NCBI RefSeq assembly: GCF_963921235.1
Contig: NC_086097.1
Location: 191,458,001-191,522,000 of the forward strand
Reading direction: 5' to 3'
From: Mobula hypostoma
Taxonomy: Eukaryota
Length of the DNA stretch: 64,000 nucleotides
The notes beneath the pieces were generated by a model. The model ran no database searches. It worked only from the letters and a program-made list of their open reading frames with translations, and had not been told where the DNA came from. This document shows, piece after piece, positions 1 through 12,887 of this stretch. Every line of letters starts with the position of its first letter. Position 1 is the stretch's first letter. Made by a program: the position numbers and the translations under genes.

Positions 1-1400
1 CACCTGGAAGGACTGTTTCAGGCCCTGAATGGAGGTGAGGGAGGAGGTGAATGGGTGGGTGTAGCCACTAGGCTGCTTGCAGAGATAAGTGCCGGGATGG
101 AGATAATTGGGGAGAGATTAATGGACAAGGGAATCACAGAGGGAGAAATCCCTGCAAAAGCGGAGGGTGGTGGTGGGTGGAGAGAGGCAAGAATACATAT
201 GGTGTTACGATCCTTTTTGAGATGGCGAAAGTTGAGGAGAATGATGTGTTGAATGTGGTGGCTCGTGGGGTGGTAAGTAAGGACAAGAGGAAATCTATCA
301 TTGTTCAGGTAGTGGAAAGATGGGGTGAGTGCAGATGTTTGGGAAATGGAGGAGATGTGGGTCAGGACAGCATCAATGGTGGAGGAAGAGAAACCCTGCT
401 CTTTGAAGAAGGACATCTGATGTCCCGGAAAGTAAAACCACATCCTGGGAGCAAGATGCAAAGGAACTGAAAAGAGGGAATAGCATTTTTACAGGAGATA
501 GGGTGGAAAGAGGTAAAATCAAGGTAATCATGGGAATCGGTAGGTTTATGAAAAATGTTATTCAATGGTTTCTCTCCAGAGATGGAGACAAAGAGATCGA
601 GAAAGTGGATGGAAGTGTCAGAATTGGACCAAGTGAATTTAAGAGCAGGATGGAAGTTAGAGACAAAGATGATGAAATTAACAAGCTCAGAATGGGAGCA
701 TGAAACAGTACCAATGCAGCTGTCAATGTAGCAGAGGAAGAGTTGTGGAGCATACCAAGGAAGGCTTGGAACATGGACTGTTCTACTTAGCCACCGAAAA
801 GTCAGGTCCACAGCTACCCCTTGAGTCTGGAAAAAGTGGGAAGATCAAAGTAAAAATTGTTGATGGTGAGGACCATTTCTACCAACTGGAGGAAGGTGAT
901 GGTGGAGGGGAACTAGTTGCTTCTTTTATGAGAAAGAAGCAGAAAGCATTAAAGTCTTCTTGATGGGGGATAGAAGTATATAGGGACTGGACATCCATGG
1001 TGAAAATGAGGTGGTCAGAGTCAGGGAATTGAAAGTCAGTGAGGAGATTGAGAGCATGAGATGTGTCGCAGATGTAGGTGGGAGGGGACTGAACCAAAGA
1101 GGATAGAATGGAGTCAAGGTATGAGGACATGAGCTCAGTGGAGCAAGAGCAGGCAGAGACAATGGGCCTACCTAGGCAGTCTGGTTTGTGAATCTTGGGT
1201 AGGAGGTAGAAGCAAGCTGTGTGGGGTAAGGGAACTATGAGTTTGATGGCAATGGATGGGAGTTCTCCAGAGTTGATGAGGTCAGTGATGGTGTCAGATA
1301 CAGTTTTCTGAAGATCTGGAGTGGTGTCCTCTTTGGGAGTAGGTATGAGGAGAAATCTAAGAGCTCTGCCTGGCCTCAGCAAGACAGAGGTTGGTCTACA
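1..1400 (-). mobile_element. Penelope-like retroelement (PLE) fragment, frameshifted RT/thumb region; runs off the window edge
   Basis: Minus-strand ORFs carry PLE RT motifs FYLLPKIHKP..GRPIVS, TYI.DT.H, FTMDVQSLYTSIPH, YIDS (YIDD-like), FLDL.V and KPTDSH.YLDF.S.HP, split across frames. Confidence 0.9.
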
Positions 1401-1404
1401 TTGA

Positions 1405-1462
1405 AAGTAATACCCTATTCTGTTCTTCATAGTGCCATGGGATCTGTTGAATCTCCCAGCCT
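1405..1462 (-). mobile_element. Short Deu-domain SINE remnant
   Basis: ccctattctgttcttcatagtgccatgggatc resembles the reverse strand of the Deu domain as I recall it (ccctgctcttcttcgaaatagtgccatgggatc). Confidence 0.5.
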
Positions 1463-3847
1463 GAATAAAACAAAAATACAATGTGTGGCACCTAACAATT
1501 TGATTCCAGTGACTTCATGAATAATATTTTATACAAAAATAATCATTGTTGGAAGGAAATCAAATTCGTATGTCATGTATGACATTTCCAATTTTTCCAA
1601 AACTTCAAGCACATTTTTGTGAAAATAAATTATTTTCCTTTCCTATTTTATGTGCATTGTTATCATGAAAAAAATTACAGCTGAAATTTCAATCAGCATT
1701 TGTTTATTGCATCTTGTGTCTTTGTATTTCATCAAGATACATTCCTGTTCCAAAGTGCTTCCTGTGAGAGTGTTCAGTCCTGAAGGATTTGCTTCAGTTT
1801 CATTAAGCTCTTCAGTGAGATTAGAGAAAAAGATTTATGTATTTTCTTTCCTGGATAATTTTGATATTTGCTTCTATTGTTAATTATGGCTAACAGTGCA
1901 CTCATTCATACCACGTTCCAGAGAAAGAGAAATGTAATTAATTTCTCCAGCCAAGAATATTACCACCAGCATATGCTGCTAACCACCATGGAATAAATTG
2001 ACTTAGTTTCCATTCAGCAGCAATATCATATAATGATTTATAATAACAGTGAGTGACAAGGTTTGTTTGTCTTTATTTCAGTTTTAGAAAATGTCAAGCA
2101 GAGTGGTGGCAGGAGGGTATTTTTCTGAGGCACCTGTCAGGTTTCTGCCAGGGTACATGATAACAACAGCACCTTCTCACTCGGCAAGAGGCTGTCAACA
2201 GGACTGTGCGGAGCAGACACGAATCAGTACGTGTCCATGGAAGCATGAACTGTTTACAAAGGCAGAAGTCTGATGTGACAGCAGGTGGGGGTGTGAGCAC
2301 AGATTGAGCATAAATTACTCAAATCCAACTGAAAGTCCACAGACCAAGGTGAATTAAGCCGTATTTTGCAAAAATGAAAAAAATGACAAGTGAAGTTTAG
2401 GCAAGCATTTTAAAAAATATAGGACTTCTTACTTGGATATCTACCTACCTTTTCCCAACAAAGATTGTTTCCTATAATATTGTATCCAGCCAATCAAAAA
2501 AACTGAAATATGTCTGACTACATTTATTGCACATAAATACAAGATAACTCTAAAGAAGGTAGATTATAAATAAGACATTACTCAGTCATAATTTTCATGA
2601 CAGTGGAATATAGAATTGCCAAAATTTTCCTTATCAAGCTTGTAAGCTTAAATTATATGAAACTTGCATACTCAACTCCTTGTTCTTATAGATAAGATTC
2701 CAAACGCTCAGCCGCACTCAGTCACTAGAAAGCATCTAGAATTCTTTTTGAAGATATGCAACATTAACGTACATCATATAAAGTGCTGGAAGCTGACAGT
2801 TTTATGGCAAATTATATTCCAAGTGGAATATTCTAGAAACAAAATTTTATTTCTTGTATGCAATATGCAGAAAAGTTGAAAGGTCTGTAGCACTGTAATA
2901 TTTTAACTGATTATTAAATCTATTTGCATTGAAACTATAAAACACTTGAGAGGAGTTACCACAAACCATGTTTACCGTGATCTTCAAACTTACTTACATT
3001 GTAATAGAAAAATACATAGGAAAGAAAAGATACAAATCATTTACTTTTTCAGATCTCACATCTCAAGTCTCACAGCTTCCATGTCAGAGGACTTTCATTC
3101 AGCTGCTTCTATTATGTAAAACTGGTTGAAAGACAGTATGACCCTGGATTATAAATAAATCCACTTGCTATTTGTACTGGATTATAGTATATGCTGCCTC
3201 ATGATCTCTCTCATCTATTAAGACTCATTGGGAAACACTTTAGCAAATCAAAACAGTTGTAAACTAACAAACTGGTTTATTTTATTTTAAATACATGAAC
3301 TGATAGAATATTTAGCCAGATTTCCCTGTCAAAATAATAGTGAGGCTAATTGTACATGCTGCAATTTATATGTAAATGGAAGTTATTTCAGCTGAGCTTA
3401 ATCATATGCAAACTTAAAAATAAGTATTTCGAAGTTGCTATTCAAGTTGCACTATTCCACCATTGACCTCTGGCTCACCTGAAATCCATTGAATGGAGTG
3501 AAGTTATAGTATTTGCATGTTAAGTAGAAATTGAACATGCCACCAAAATATTAGTTATGTTAATTAAAGTTTAAATATACCTTTAACAAATGAGGAAGTT
3601 TTTATGACAACCAATTGATGTCTTTGATACTGAGATGTAACTACTACAGCTGTGAAGTCTCATTCCTCCAGGTATCTGTCCTTCATAAAATGAGTTAACT
3701 AAGTTGTTGTTTTATCATTTTTTAAATTTTTCTCTCTAACCAGTCCTAATTCATGCCCTTTCTTGCCTTGCTATTCCTGATTTGACATAAAATTTAATCA
3801 ACATATTTTGTGATTTTTCTCTCAAATGAGTTGAGGACATACATCCT

Positions 3848-3986
3848 GTTGAGTGTGGTCATTCATTGATTCTATTATGTTTCTTAGATTTACTGTGTAT
3901 GCCCGCAAGAAAATTCATCACAGGGTTGTGTATGGTGCATATATGAACTTTGATAATAAATTTACTTTGCATTTGAACTTTGAACA
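3848..3986 (+). mobile_element. Rex/Babar-type LINE 3' tail fragment
   Basis: gcaagaaaat...agggttgtgtatggtg...ctttgataataaatttactttg...gaactttgaac matches the reverse complement of the tail around 52030-52760. Confidence 0.65.
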
Positions 3987-4149
3987 CTGTCACTAAATCT
4001 ACCATTCCTGGCATCATCCTCAAGCTTGCTAATCCACTTATCTACATTTTCAACCAAATCAATGATATATGTCACAAACAACGAGAACTCCAAGCAGCAA
4101 TCTGCATGGAACACCATGGATCACAGATGTTCAGCTGCAGTAACAATCT

Positions 4150-4900
4150 ACTACTCTCTGTCTTTTATGGGGAAGCCCGTTCTGAATTCAAGCTCCAGCT
4201 GCTCACCCTCCCTTCTCAGAATGTCCTGTACCTGCTGTGAGACATCTACAATCCTAGTACCAGGAAGGCAACACGCCATCCCAGAGTCTCAAATACAGCA
4301 ACAGAAATACCTATCTTTACCCCCCTTATTATCGAGTCCCTATCACTATTGCCTTCACCCTTCCCTTCTTTGCCTCAGAAACAGACACATTACCACTGAC
4401 TTTACTAGTACTGCTGGCTTTGAAAGGTTAACTCCCTCCTCCCCCACAATATTATCAAAAAGGGTATTCCTGTTACTGAGAGGAATGGCCATGGAGGAGC
4501 ACTACACTGTCTGCCTCCTCCTCGTACTTTGCCAGGTGGTCACCCATTTACCTGTAGCCTGCTCCTTGGTGATCATGACCACTTCACAAAAACTCTCCTT
4601 GGCATCCCAAAAGACCGTGAGTACATCCAGCTGCATCTCCAGTTCCTTCAGACAGTCTGTCAGGAGCTGTAGCTAGGTGAACAGATGTAGCTCAGCATTA
4701 GGAAGACTGCAAGGATTCCCTACTCCTCCTATTTCTTTCAAGATGAGCAATTCACTGTCTTGACTACCATTATGTCTACTCTGAATCGAAGATTACAGAA
4801 TAGGAGGCAAAAAAAAAGGTGCTCCTCACCTGTGTTTCCTCATAGAAGCCTCTTAAGACAAAGCCTCAGAGATCCCACTCCCACACTGGTCCACTCTCAC
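4150..4900 (-). mobile_element. CR1 LINE ORF1 (SGNH/esterase-type) degenerate fragment
   Basis: Minus strand reads LQLLTDCLKELEMQLDVL and a frameshifted IVIGDSIIRG-like motif, typical of CR1 ORF1. Confidence 0.7.
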
Positions 4901-5024
4901 TATTGCTGCCCTAAAATGCCACTCCAGTTGATCCTACCTTTGTTTTACTGGGTGAGTCACCACACAGCTCATTAGAAACACAACTTGCACAAATGGCTCC
5001 TTTTTCCAATATTGCCACTCTCCT

Positions 5025-5580
5025 CCAGCATCTGTGGTGGGAATCTGTGGTGTGATGTTTCAGATCAAAGTCTTGCATCAGGACTGAGAGCAGAGCGGTC
5101 AGCGTGAAGAGGGGATGAGGAGATGTGAGAAATGATTCTGAGGTGGTTGGTGGGCTAAGAAAAGGCAAAGGGTGATGGGTAGGCAGTGCAAGCTAGGGGA
5201 AGGGAGCAAGAATAGAGTTGGGAAAGAATGGCAAGTGAATGAGAGATGAAGACAGACAAAGTGAGAGAGAAAAAATATATATATTCTAAAACGCAAACAA
5301 CAGGAATTATTCTAATTTGCAGATGGAGGAAGATTGAGAAGTTGAAGACATGCACTGAAGGAAAATAACTAAGAATTAAGTAAGAACACAAAGTGTTGCC
5401 AGTGCTGGTCTCAAGGAGGTGATAATGGGAACCATTAGGGGAGAGGTAAATGGCAGCTGGATCCAGGGCCAGACAAGGGAGGGAATAAGGTGGGGGAATA
5501 GGTCAGTGACAACTGTATATTTAATGGGTGAATGAAACATGAAGGGGGAGGAGACGAGGATGGGTGAGCGGGTTCATCTA
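5025..5580 (-). mobile_element. Degenerate PLE pseudo-LTR/3' region
   Basis: cagcatctgtgg...gatgtttcagatcaaagtcttgcatcaggactgag followed by a purine-rich tract, like the other minus-strand pLTR copies. Confidence 0.6.
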
Positions 5581-7102
5581 TTACTCAAATCTTCAAAATT
5601 ATAAAAACTTTCAACTTTGCTTCTCGCAATTGTTCAACTCAGACTGTAAGCTAACTAATATGAACCTTAGAAAATGAAATCTTACTTTTTCACTACAGTA
5701 CTTACGTGCATTTCTAAACTGATTAGTTGTAAGATTGGAAAGATAATAATTGTTCTCTTATTCTTTGTTCAAATAGCAGTGTAGAGAAATTGTCCTTCAG
5801 ACTATCAGTGGGAAGCTTTCCATTATTTTGTTAGACCATGAGAATAGCATTGTCTTTTTAGCCAAGTCACCTGTTGGATCATTGAAGTGAACATTTCAAA
5901 TTCAGAGGATTATTTTTTTCCAGCTGTTAGACAATTCCCCATTTTCTAGAAGGGCTACAGCATTTGGAAATACACTTTATAATAAACCTTTCATTCGGTA
6001 TTTCATCAAAATACTCAACCAAAATTTCAAATAGCTTAAGTATTTCTGGGAATTAATCCTGAATAAAATAAGCTTAACTTTGTAGCAATGTGATCAAATG
6101 AAAATTAAAACATTTTACAAACTATAAAGATAAAATATGTCAATATTTTGTTTTGCCTTCCAAAAATCCGTCTTGCAATAATTTAGATGTGAGCAAGTAA
6201 AATAGATATAGATTTTAATGTCAACTTCTGTACACATACTACAGGATCTATTTTGAAAATTTCTATAGGTTGTCTAAACTGAAATGTAACATACATAATC
6301 AAAGGTTCAAGAATAATAATGTTCTGTAGCGATCTTCAGATCTGAAAAAAACCAGGGTCCAGGTTTCTAACAGAGGAGTCTGATAAATATGCTTATGCAC
6401 TGTCATGACCTCTGACTTTTTCAAGCAGTATGAGATATCTTCCATCCTTTATAGCTGCAAAGCTGAAATTAGATCACCCTTTCATTGATCAAAGCACAGT
6501 GACGTGAGTTAATCATTCAATCGCGGCAAACACTGTCTCATGATAGGCATCTAATCAGGGACTGATGAAAGACTTAAATCAAGTTCAACAAAGAGGAGTT
6601 GTTGATCATGAAGTAGCCCACAGCTTTATGGACTTTGCCTTCAGTCTCCCAGATTGACAATTTAGTATTGTCTGTATTCAATTTAGTTTCACTATTTCTA
6701 AATATTTTAACAAAATATATAAAAGAGTTTTAATCACTAAAAGCAAACATGTCTTTATGTCACCAAGAATTTGTGGAGCCACAGCTTTGATTACTCTGTT
6801 GAGAAAATTAGATGTGAAATTTGACTAATCCTCATTAAATTCAGATGAAGGGGCAGCATTGATTACTTTTGTGCACTGTGCATGATCAGAACACTTTGCT
6901 GCATAGGAATTGTATTTCCCTTTCTTGTGGAAAAAAACAGTACATAAGACTGACATATTCATTTTGGACATGCAAGTACTTTTGTTTGAGACCTACTTGT
7001 GGCTATTGCAAATCAGCTGACTTTAGGTTCAAAATGTGCAAAATACACAGATTGAAGAAAAAAATAAAGATGCTGCCTGACCTATCGGATATTACATCAG
7101 TT

Positions 7103-7235
7103 TCAGAATCAGAATCGGGTTTATTATCACCAGCATATGACATGAAATTCATTAACTTAGCAGCAGCAGTTCAATGCAATACATAACATAGAAGAGAAAA
7201 ATAAATAAATAAAATAATAAATAAATAAATAAGCA
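7103..7235 (-). mobile_element. Rex/Babar-type LINE 3' tail inserted in an old PLE pLTR fragment
   Basis: (tcagaa)n-gtttattatcacc...ttaacttagcagcagcagttc matches 35328-35410; flanked by agatgctgcctgacc and cagattt..atctgca pLTR pieces. Confidence 0.6.
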
Positions 7236-7519
7236 AATGAATTGAGTTTTCAGATTTATGATATCTGCATGATTTTTCCTTTTCAATTGCCACAAGTGTT
7301 AAACAGTCACCAGTAGATCCTGTGGGAATATAGATGGCAGTCCTTTACCTAGAGGTCAGTATTGCATGGGTGCTCTAAGTGAATAGCCTTCCTGCTAATG
7401 AGACAGACTGCAAAAGTTTAAATTTGCTATTGGGTGCAGTTGGATGTGGGGGTGGGGTGGGGAAGAAAGGTGGGGAGAAGCTCACATGGAGTATAAACAC
7501 CAGACGGGTAACTGGCACC

Positions 7520-7705
7520 ATTATCCCATCTTGACTTATTCTATCATAGCCACCCCCTTTGCTCTCCACAGCCCTCTCCTGCTGAAATTTAACTTGCACC
7601 TCTCTCTTTCCCAGTTTTGGCAAAGGGTCACAGACCTGAAAGATTGACTTTTCCTCTTTGCACAGATGCTGTCTGACCTGGTGAACTTTTCTAGCATATT
7701 CCATT
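7520..7705 (+). mobile_element. Degenerate PLE pseudo-LTR
   Basis: ccagttttggcaaagggtcacagacctgaaagattgact...cacagatgctgtctgacctg is homologous to the other pLTR copies. Confidence 0.6.
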
Positions 7706-9167
7706 TTTAGTCATGGCAGGCACACTAATCCAAAATGCAAATGCAATCTCCCTCTGCACTAAGGCTGAAACAGTTAATAAAGAGATGCTTAGCTCCTAGG
7801 AAGATTTAAAAATTAAGTGCTGTTCATATTTGGCTTTGGCTTTAGAACAGCGTTTCACTGCAAGACTTTAGCAGCTCTATAGTGCATAAAATGCTGACCT
7901 TTGAGGTAACCTCTAAATATAACCTCTAAAGAAACTCACACATGGTAGTTGCTGAATTAGGCACCTGGTTGCACATTTCTCAGTCCAAGTTTCACTTTTC
8001 CTCATTCCAGCATACATTGCTTTGTGTCTGCTTGCCAAAAAAAATCTTCCTCCTTCATCAGCCCTTTGGAATCAAAGTTATTATAACTGCATCCAGTTCT
8101 GTGTCTCACCACTCTCAGAATAGTCTAATGTGGGATCCATAGACACTGCTACAGCTGAGGTGGGAGCTGATTGACAAACTGTTTATTCTGTAACAACGCT
8201 AGGCTCTTACATTCTCCCTACAAGTGGGCTCAAGGTCCTCTCTGCATCTTCCTTCTCCATGTTAAGTAAGTGGAGCCTTGAATTAATATAGCAAATGATA
8301 CACTTCTCAAAAAGGCTTTTAGAACATCCTAAAATTACCTCCTCTCTTCACTTGGCAATCACTTGCCATGAAGTGCTCCGATTAGAGTGCATGTTTTGGG
8401 TGCCTGGTGGAAGGGAAGTGTATGACGTAGCACACCGCTTGTAAACAACTGTGTGTAATCTTCTGCTCGTAAAGTTGACCTGGGAAAGAATGTTGACATT
8501 TTTGCTTTATCTTTCTGGTGTGTTTGAGGAATTTACTGAGTTTTCAATGAGAGATGACTCCTCACATATGGAAAATGATTCATGTTCCCCAGAGTCTTGT
8601 CTTGGACCTTTATAGTCAGTGGGTGGATCATGCAAGCGTACCAGGTTAGTGAAGGACCTTTATTTTGCAGATATAAAATTCATTCTCTTCTATCCTTCAG
8701 TGAATGTGTTGACAATTGTCTAAAGATTAGCTTCCAAATATTAGTGCATAAAGCAGCATCATAATGTTACCGCTTAATAACTGAAGTGGGAGTGACCTTA
8801 GTTCGGGAATCTCAGTGAAATACGTTGATAAATATTCGCTTGTCCTGGATATTATCTCCATCCCAACAGTAAATTACAGAATTTCATTGAGAAAGATTGC
8901 ATTGAGGTAATGTCACAGCCTGTCTTGATGTAATCAGTACCAGAGCTGGCAAGCTAGGGAGGCGGGCATCCGCTGAAGCTGAAATGTTTGACAACTCATG
9001 CCTCAATATTCTAGACAGAGCTGCTTTGGAAGGGATGGAATAGGAAGAAATCAGAAATTTCCCTAAGTTTCGGAGTTAAAACATGTGCATGCCAAAGTGT
9101 TTTGTAGTCTGCTGTTATTTATACCCAACAGCGAGGGAAGGGATGAGTGGCAAGTTAATATTTGTTA

Positions 9168-9806
9168 TGTATGAATGCCCACCGGTTTCCTCGGCTGCAT
9201 AAGTCTAAGGAATACACACTCGGGTCCTGCCAGACGTATGAGATTGAGACAGTTTACCCACCCCAAATCCCAGTTTGTGTGCCTGCTGTGTCATTTGCTA
9301 CCCTGTTACAAATCAGTGTCAAGAAATAACAGACAGCACACTGCATACGATTAAAGAAATTATATTTATGAATCTTAACTTAACCAAAGGATTAGTTAAA
9401 AAAAAGAAAAAAAAACAAAAAAGGGCTCATTATAATTAAACAGTCAAATGTGGACAATTTGGAGCTCAACTCTTCCAAAAACACACATATTCACCGATCC
9501 TCAATAGAACTCAGCACCTTGTTCCATCGAATCACGGTCCCCCACTGGGTTGAATCCGACAACCGGTTCTCTCCAGCATCTTCTCTCTTCATCTCCTGCA
9601 AAACAAAGAAAAGCCCAAGACCAAACTTAATGTCCATCACAAAACCTCCCAGTTCCACCATCCCAATTGAATGACACACATTCCTCAGCATCCCTTATCT
9701 TCAACAATAACCCAAACAGACTGACAGCAGAACAGACTGCTCTTACAGAACTGTTAAAATGAAATACCTGCAGCATAGCAGTAAAAATGTGAACCAGGGT
9801 GTTACA
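9168..9806 (-). mobile_element. Putative solo LTR
   Basis: Bounded by TGTA...TACA, about 640 bp, non-coding, LTR-like composition; no clean TSD seen. Confidence 0.5.
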
Positions 9807-9883
9807 CATAGAAAACAGGATTGCTAATGTGAGCTGGTGAGTACTGGTTTAAATTAATTTAAGTGGTTTAACCAAGAAAATCA

Positions 9884-10020
9884 AGAAAATATCTGCAGAT
9901 GCTGGAAATCCAAGCAACACACACAAAATGCTGAAGGAACTCAGCAAGCTAGGCAGCATCTATGGAAAAGAGTACACAGTCAACATTTCAGGCCAAGACC
10001 CTTCATCAGAACTGGATCCT
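9884..10020 (-). mobile_element. Short PLE pseudo-LTR insertion with 9-bp TSD
   Basis: agaaaatca duplicated at 9875-9883 and 10021-10029; body is homologous to the pLTR. Confidence 0.85.
9977..10014 (-). ncRNA. Minimal type-I hammerhead ribozyme motif (variant)
   Basis: Reverse complement cagtt CTGATGA agg gtcttgg cct GAAA tg tt gactg: core intact, GUU triplet. Confidence 0.6.
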
Positions 10021-10110
10021 AGAAAATCATTTGCTTTGTTGATATTGGTAGTGCAGATTCTTTTTGCACTTTAACTGACAATCAGGTTTGTTAGTGCGAG
10101 GACTAATGCG

Positions 10111-10161
10111 AGGGTTAGGGTTAGGGTTAGGGTTAGGGTTAGGGTTAGGGTTAGGGTTAGG
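10111..10161 (+). repeat. Interstitial telomeric repeat (TTAGGG)7 plus partial units
   Basis: Seven perfect TTAGGG units at 10115-10156. Confidence 0.97.
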
Positions 10162-10327
10162 TTGAGAGTATGCGGGCAGTGGGCAAATCAGCCCTCTTGT
10201 GCTTTTTGATCTCCTTACTTGAGATTCAATTTCACGCGACCCTGCCACTTTGATCTGGCCCACGCCTTCATTAACCAGGTCCAACACTTGCCTTTCTTGG
10301 ATCTTGCCCCTCCTGACAAAGGTCATC

Positions 10328-10428
10328 GGGTTTGTGGGGGTGTGGCCAGGGTTAGTCGGGGTGTGCCTAGGGTTTGTGGGGGTGTGGCATGATAATCGGG
10401 ATGTGCCGAGGGTTTGTGGGGGTGTGTG
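10328..10428 (+). repeat. G-rich minisatellite, ~40-42 bp unit, about 2.5 copies
   Basis: gggtttgtgggggtgtg recurs at 10328, 10370 and 10410. Confidence 0.9.
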
Positions 10429-11679
10429 CTCCTTTGGACTTTAGGATTAGGTTTGAGTGTTGGGCTGGTGGATGTGTGTGTGTGACTGGGAGAGGTGAGG
10501 CTGCGGAGGTTTGGGTTAGGGTTAGGGTCCATGCAATAAAATCCGATGATCCAGTAATCCCAGGACATTCTTGGTGTAAGACTGGGAAAATTTCTGGACT
10601 ACAGAATGTTGTTCCCTAAAAATATCTCAACACAATGTTTTTAGACATTATACATGTAGTAAAACAATTTCCAATGAACCTGTTAAATTTAAAAGAATGC
10701 AGGAACTGGGGTTGAAAAAGAGAGGGGAAAACGTCACTTGGAGAGCCAAGTATTTAAAACATAAACTCTCAGAAAAAAAAAGTTTCTTGTAAAGTGAGTG
10801 TAGAGGTTATTCTTAGTTCCTTGCCAATCTGTGGTAAGATGTTACATTGTTGTGGTATATAGGGAAATAAGAATAACTTGTATATCCAACATCCCTAATA
10901 TAATAAGTGCCCTCCAGATTTACCGTGGGCAACGGTAGGTTTTTAGTTCTCTCGCTACACATTCTCAACCTGTTCTGATCCTGTATATTTCAACGCATGG
11001 ACAGGACTTACTATTAGAAGGAAATTAAATATCTTCCTCAAAACCACCAAATCATTTTCTAATTATGTACTGTAGTTTTATTTATGGATTGCATACTATA
11101 CCCCAGCCACAAATCCCCTAAATATATTCCTGTTTGGTTTTGACATACAGTACTTTGCATGAAAATGATAGCAGACAGGTGACATTTTTTGTTGGGTTTT
11201 GATTTTATTCCTGCTCCCTAATTACTTCCAATGAAAACAATATGTAACTGTGAAATACTGTACATGCTTGACATTTCATATAATAACAAGTGATCCCAGA
11301 AATATTCAGCAGAGAAGTAGAGGAAGTGTTTCAGATCCCTAGATGAAAAGGTTTTCAAGAGAGGAACACTGCGTAGATTGTGCCCATTTCCAATTGTTCA
11401 ATACACTTCTGTATCCTTTGACAACCTGCCTCATAATTTACAATTCCACCATTTTTTGTTTACCAACTTACCAGTCAGAACATTTAAGCTTTTGGCCAAG
11501 TCATAAATATATATTACAAGGACTAGAGGTGTAACTGGTTAGAATAACACCCCCTACCATTATCCTCTGTCTCCTATGACCAAGCTAATTTTGAATCCAA
11601 CCTTACAACTTCTCATGGATCCCACATTTATTAATCTTTTTAGATATTTTAGATCGAAACAAGATACCAAAGTTACTGG

Positions 11680-12200
11680 ATTCTTGTATAACTGGAGGAG
11701 ATCACGATGACAGGAAAGAGGGAGCTCATGAAGAGATATGCATATGAGAGGGGTCCATATAATCTCAACGTACTGAAGAAATGTGATTCAATGTATGAAT
11801 GGGACTCAGTTTCAATTAGGATTGGGGCAACAGAGCCTCAGAGGAGCTCAGAGAGAGTGGGTGAATATTAAGAAATACCTGGTAGACCATCTGGAACTAA
11901 CAAAAACAAGGTGGAGAGTTACCACAGCAAACAGCCTGAGTCAGGTATAGTAATTGATTGTAGAGGATTGTAGTTTGGAAGTTCAACTTTGAGCCAAATA
12001 GTATTGGAGTTGCTAACAGTGTGATTCAATAGGCTAACAGAATTGTTGACAAGAGTTAGAAAGATGTGGCATAGGCAGATAACAGTTGATCTCAATCTTT
12101 GCAGAAAAGAAATCATGAACACCTTGCAGCTGGTGAAGATAAGGACCAAGACATAAGGAGAGAAAGCTTCATAGCGATGTTTTGTAATGAAAGGAAGTAT
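11680..12200 (-). mobile_element. Ancient L2-like LINE remnant
   Basis: Highly diverged purine-rich tract resembling the reverse strand of L2 ORF2; recognised by eye only. Confidence 0.35.
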
Positions 12201-12887
12201 TTTTTCATCAAGATTTACTTTATTTTAAGATGTGTGCTTTATTTAAAGATGTTAAGAAGGTCTAATTATGTTCTAATAATATTTTTAATTATGATATTTT
12301 ACCTTATCTTTCCCCCATAAATTATATGAACATTAAACTGGAGAATTTCTCTTTCACGCTAGATTTTCATCAATTCTAGAAAATTCAAGTAAGAACTATG
12401 GAGAACTGCACCACAACATAGCAGAAGGTATTTCATCGTAGTGTGCTAGATTTTTTGACAATGATTTATGACACCTGAACATACACTTAAGTAGGCTATA
12501 GACGATGAATTAACTTAAGAGACAAATGTTAGAAGAAAATTAACAATGGGAAAAACATATTGTTTATAGGTCAATTCTTGCACGGAAAAAAATAAACTGA
12601 AACATAAAAAATCTTGATGACAATTCAGTGAAAGTAAACAAAGCAACTATGTTTATATCGAACTAAGTTGAAGCAAATTACCAGATTCGAGTTTACTGGC
12701 ATCATGGTACGTTTGTAGATATTTGTGTCATCAGGGAAATTGCAGGATCCTGTAAGACAGCAGTCCCCAACTACCGGGGCGCGGACTGGTACCGGACCAC
12801 AAAGCATGTGCTACCGGGCCGTGAGGAAACGAATCCAGTCAGCTGCACTTTTCCTCATTCCCTGTCATGTACTGTTGAACTTGAACA

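Noticed and set aside
1409..1480. Apparent minus-strand exon (ttttattcag|GCTGGGAG...|gtatta)
   Set aside because: The sequence resembles a Deu-domain SINE remnant, the donor is weak, and the peptide is unrecognisable.
8200..8272. Possible plus-strand exon ending at gtaagt
   Set aside because: Weak acceptor and no recognisable peptide; it cannot be supported without RNA data.
9884..10161. Mechanistic link between the PLE insertion and the neighbouring telomeric repeats (PLE RTs are telomerase relatives)
   Set aside because: The PLE insert is closed by its own TSD about 80 bp before the TTAGGG array, and this family has a GIY-YIG endonuclease; proximity is probably chance.
10027..10326. ORF with a PNPNPN repeat
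   Set aside because: It is the translation of (CCCTAA)n; there is no other coding evidence.
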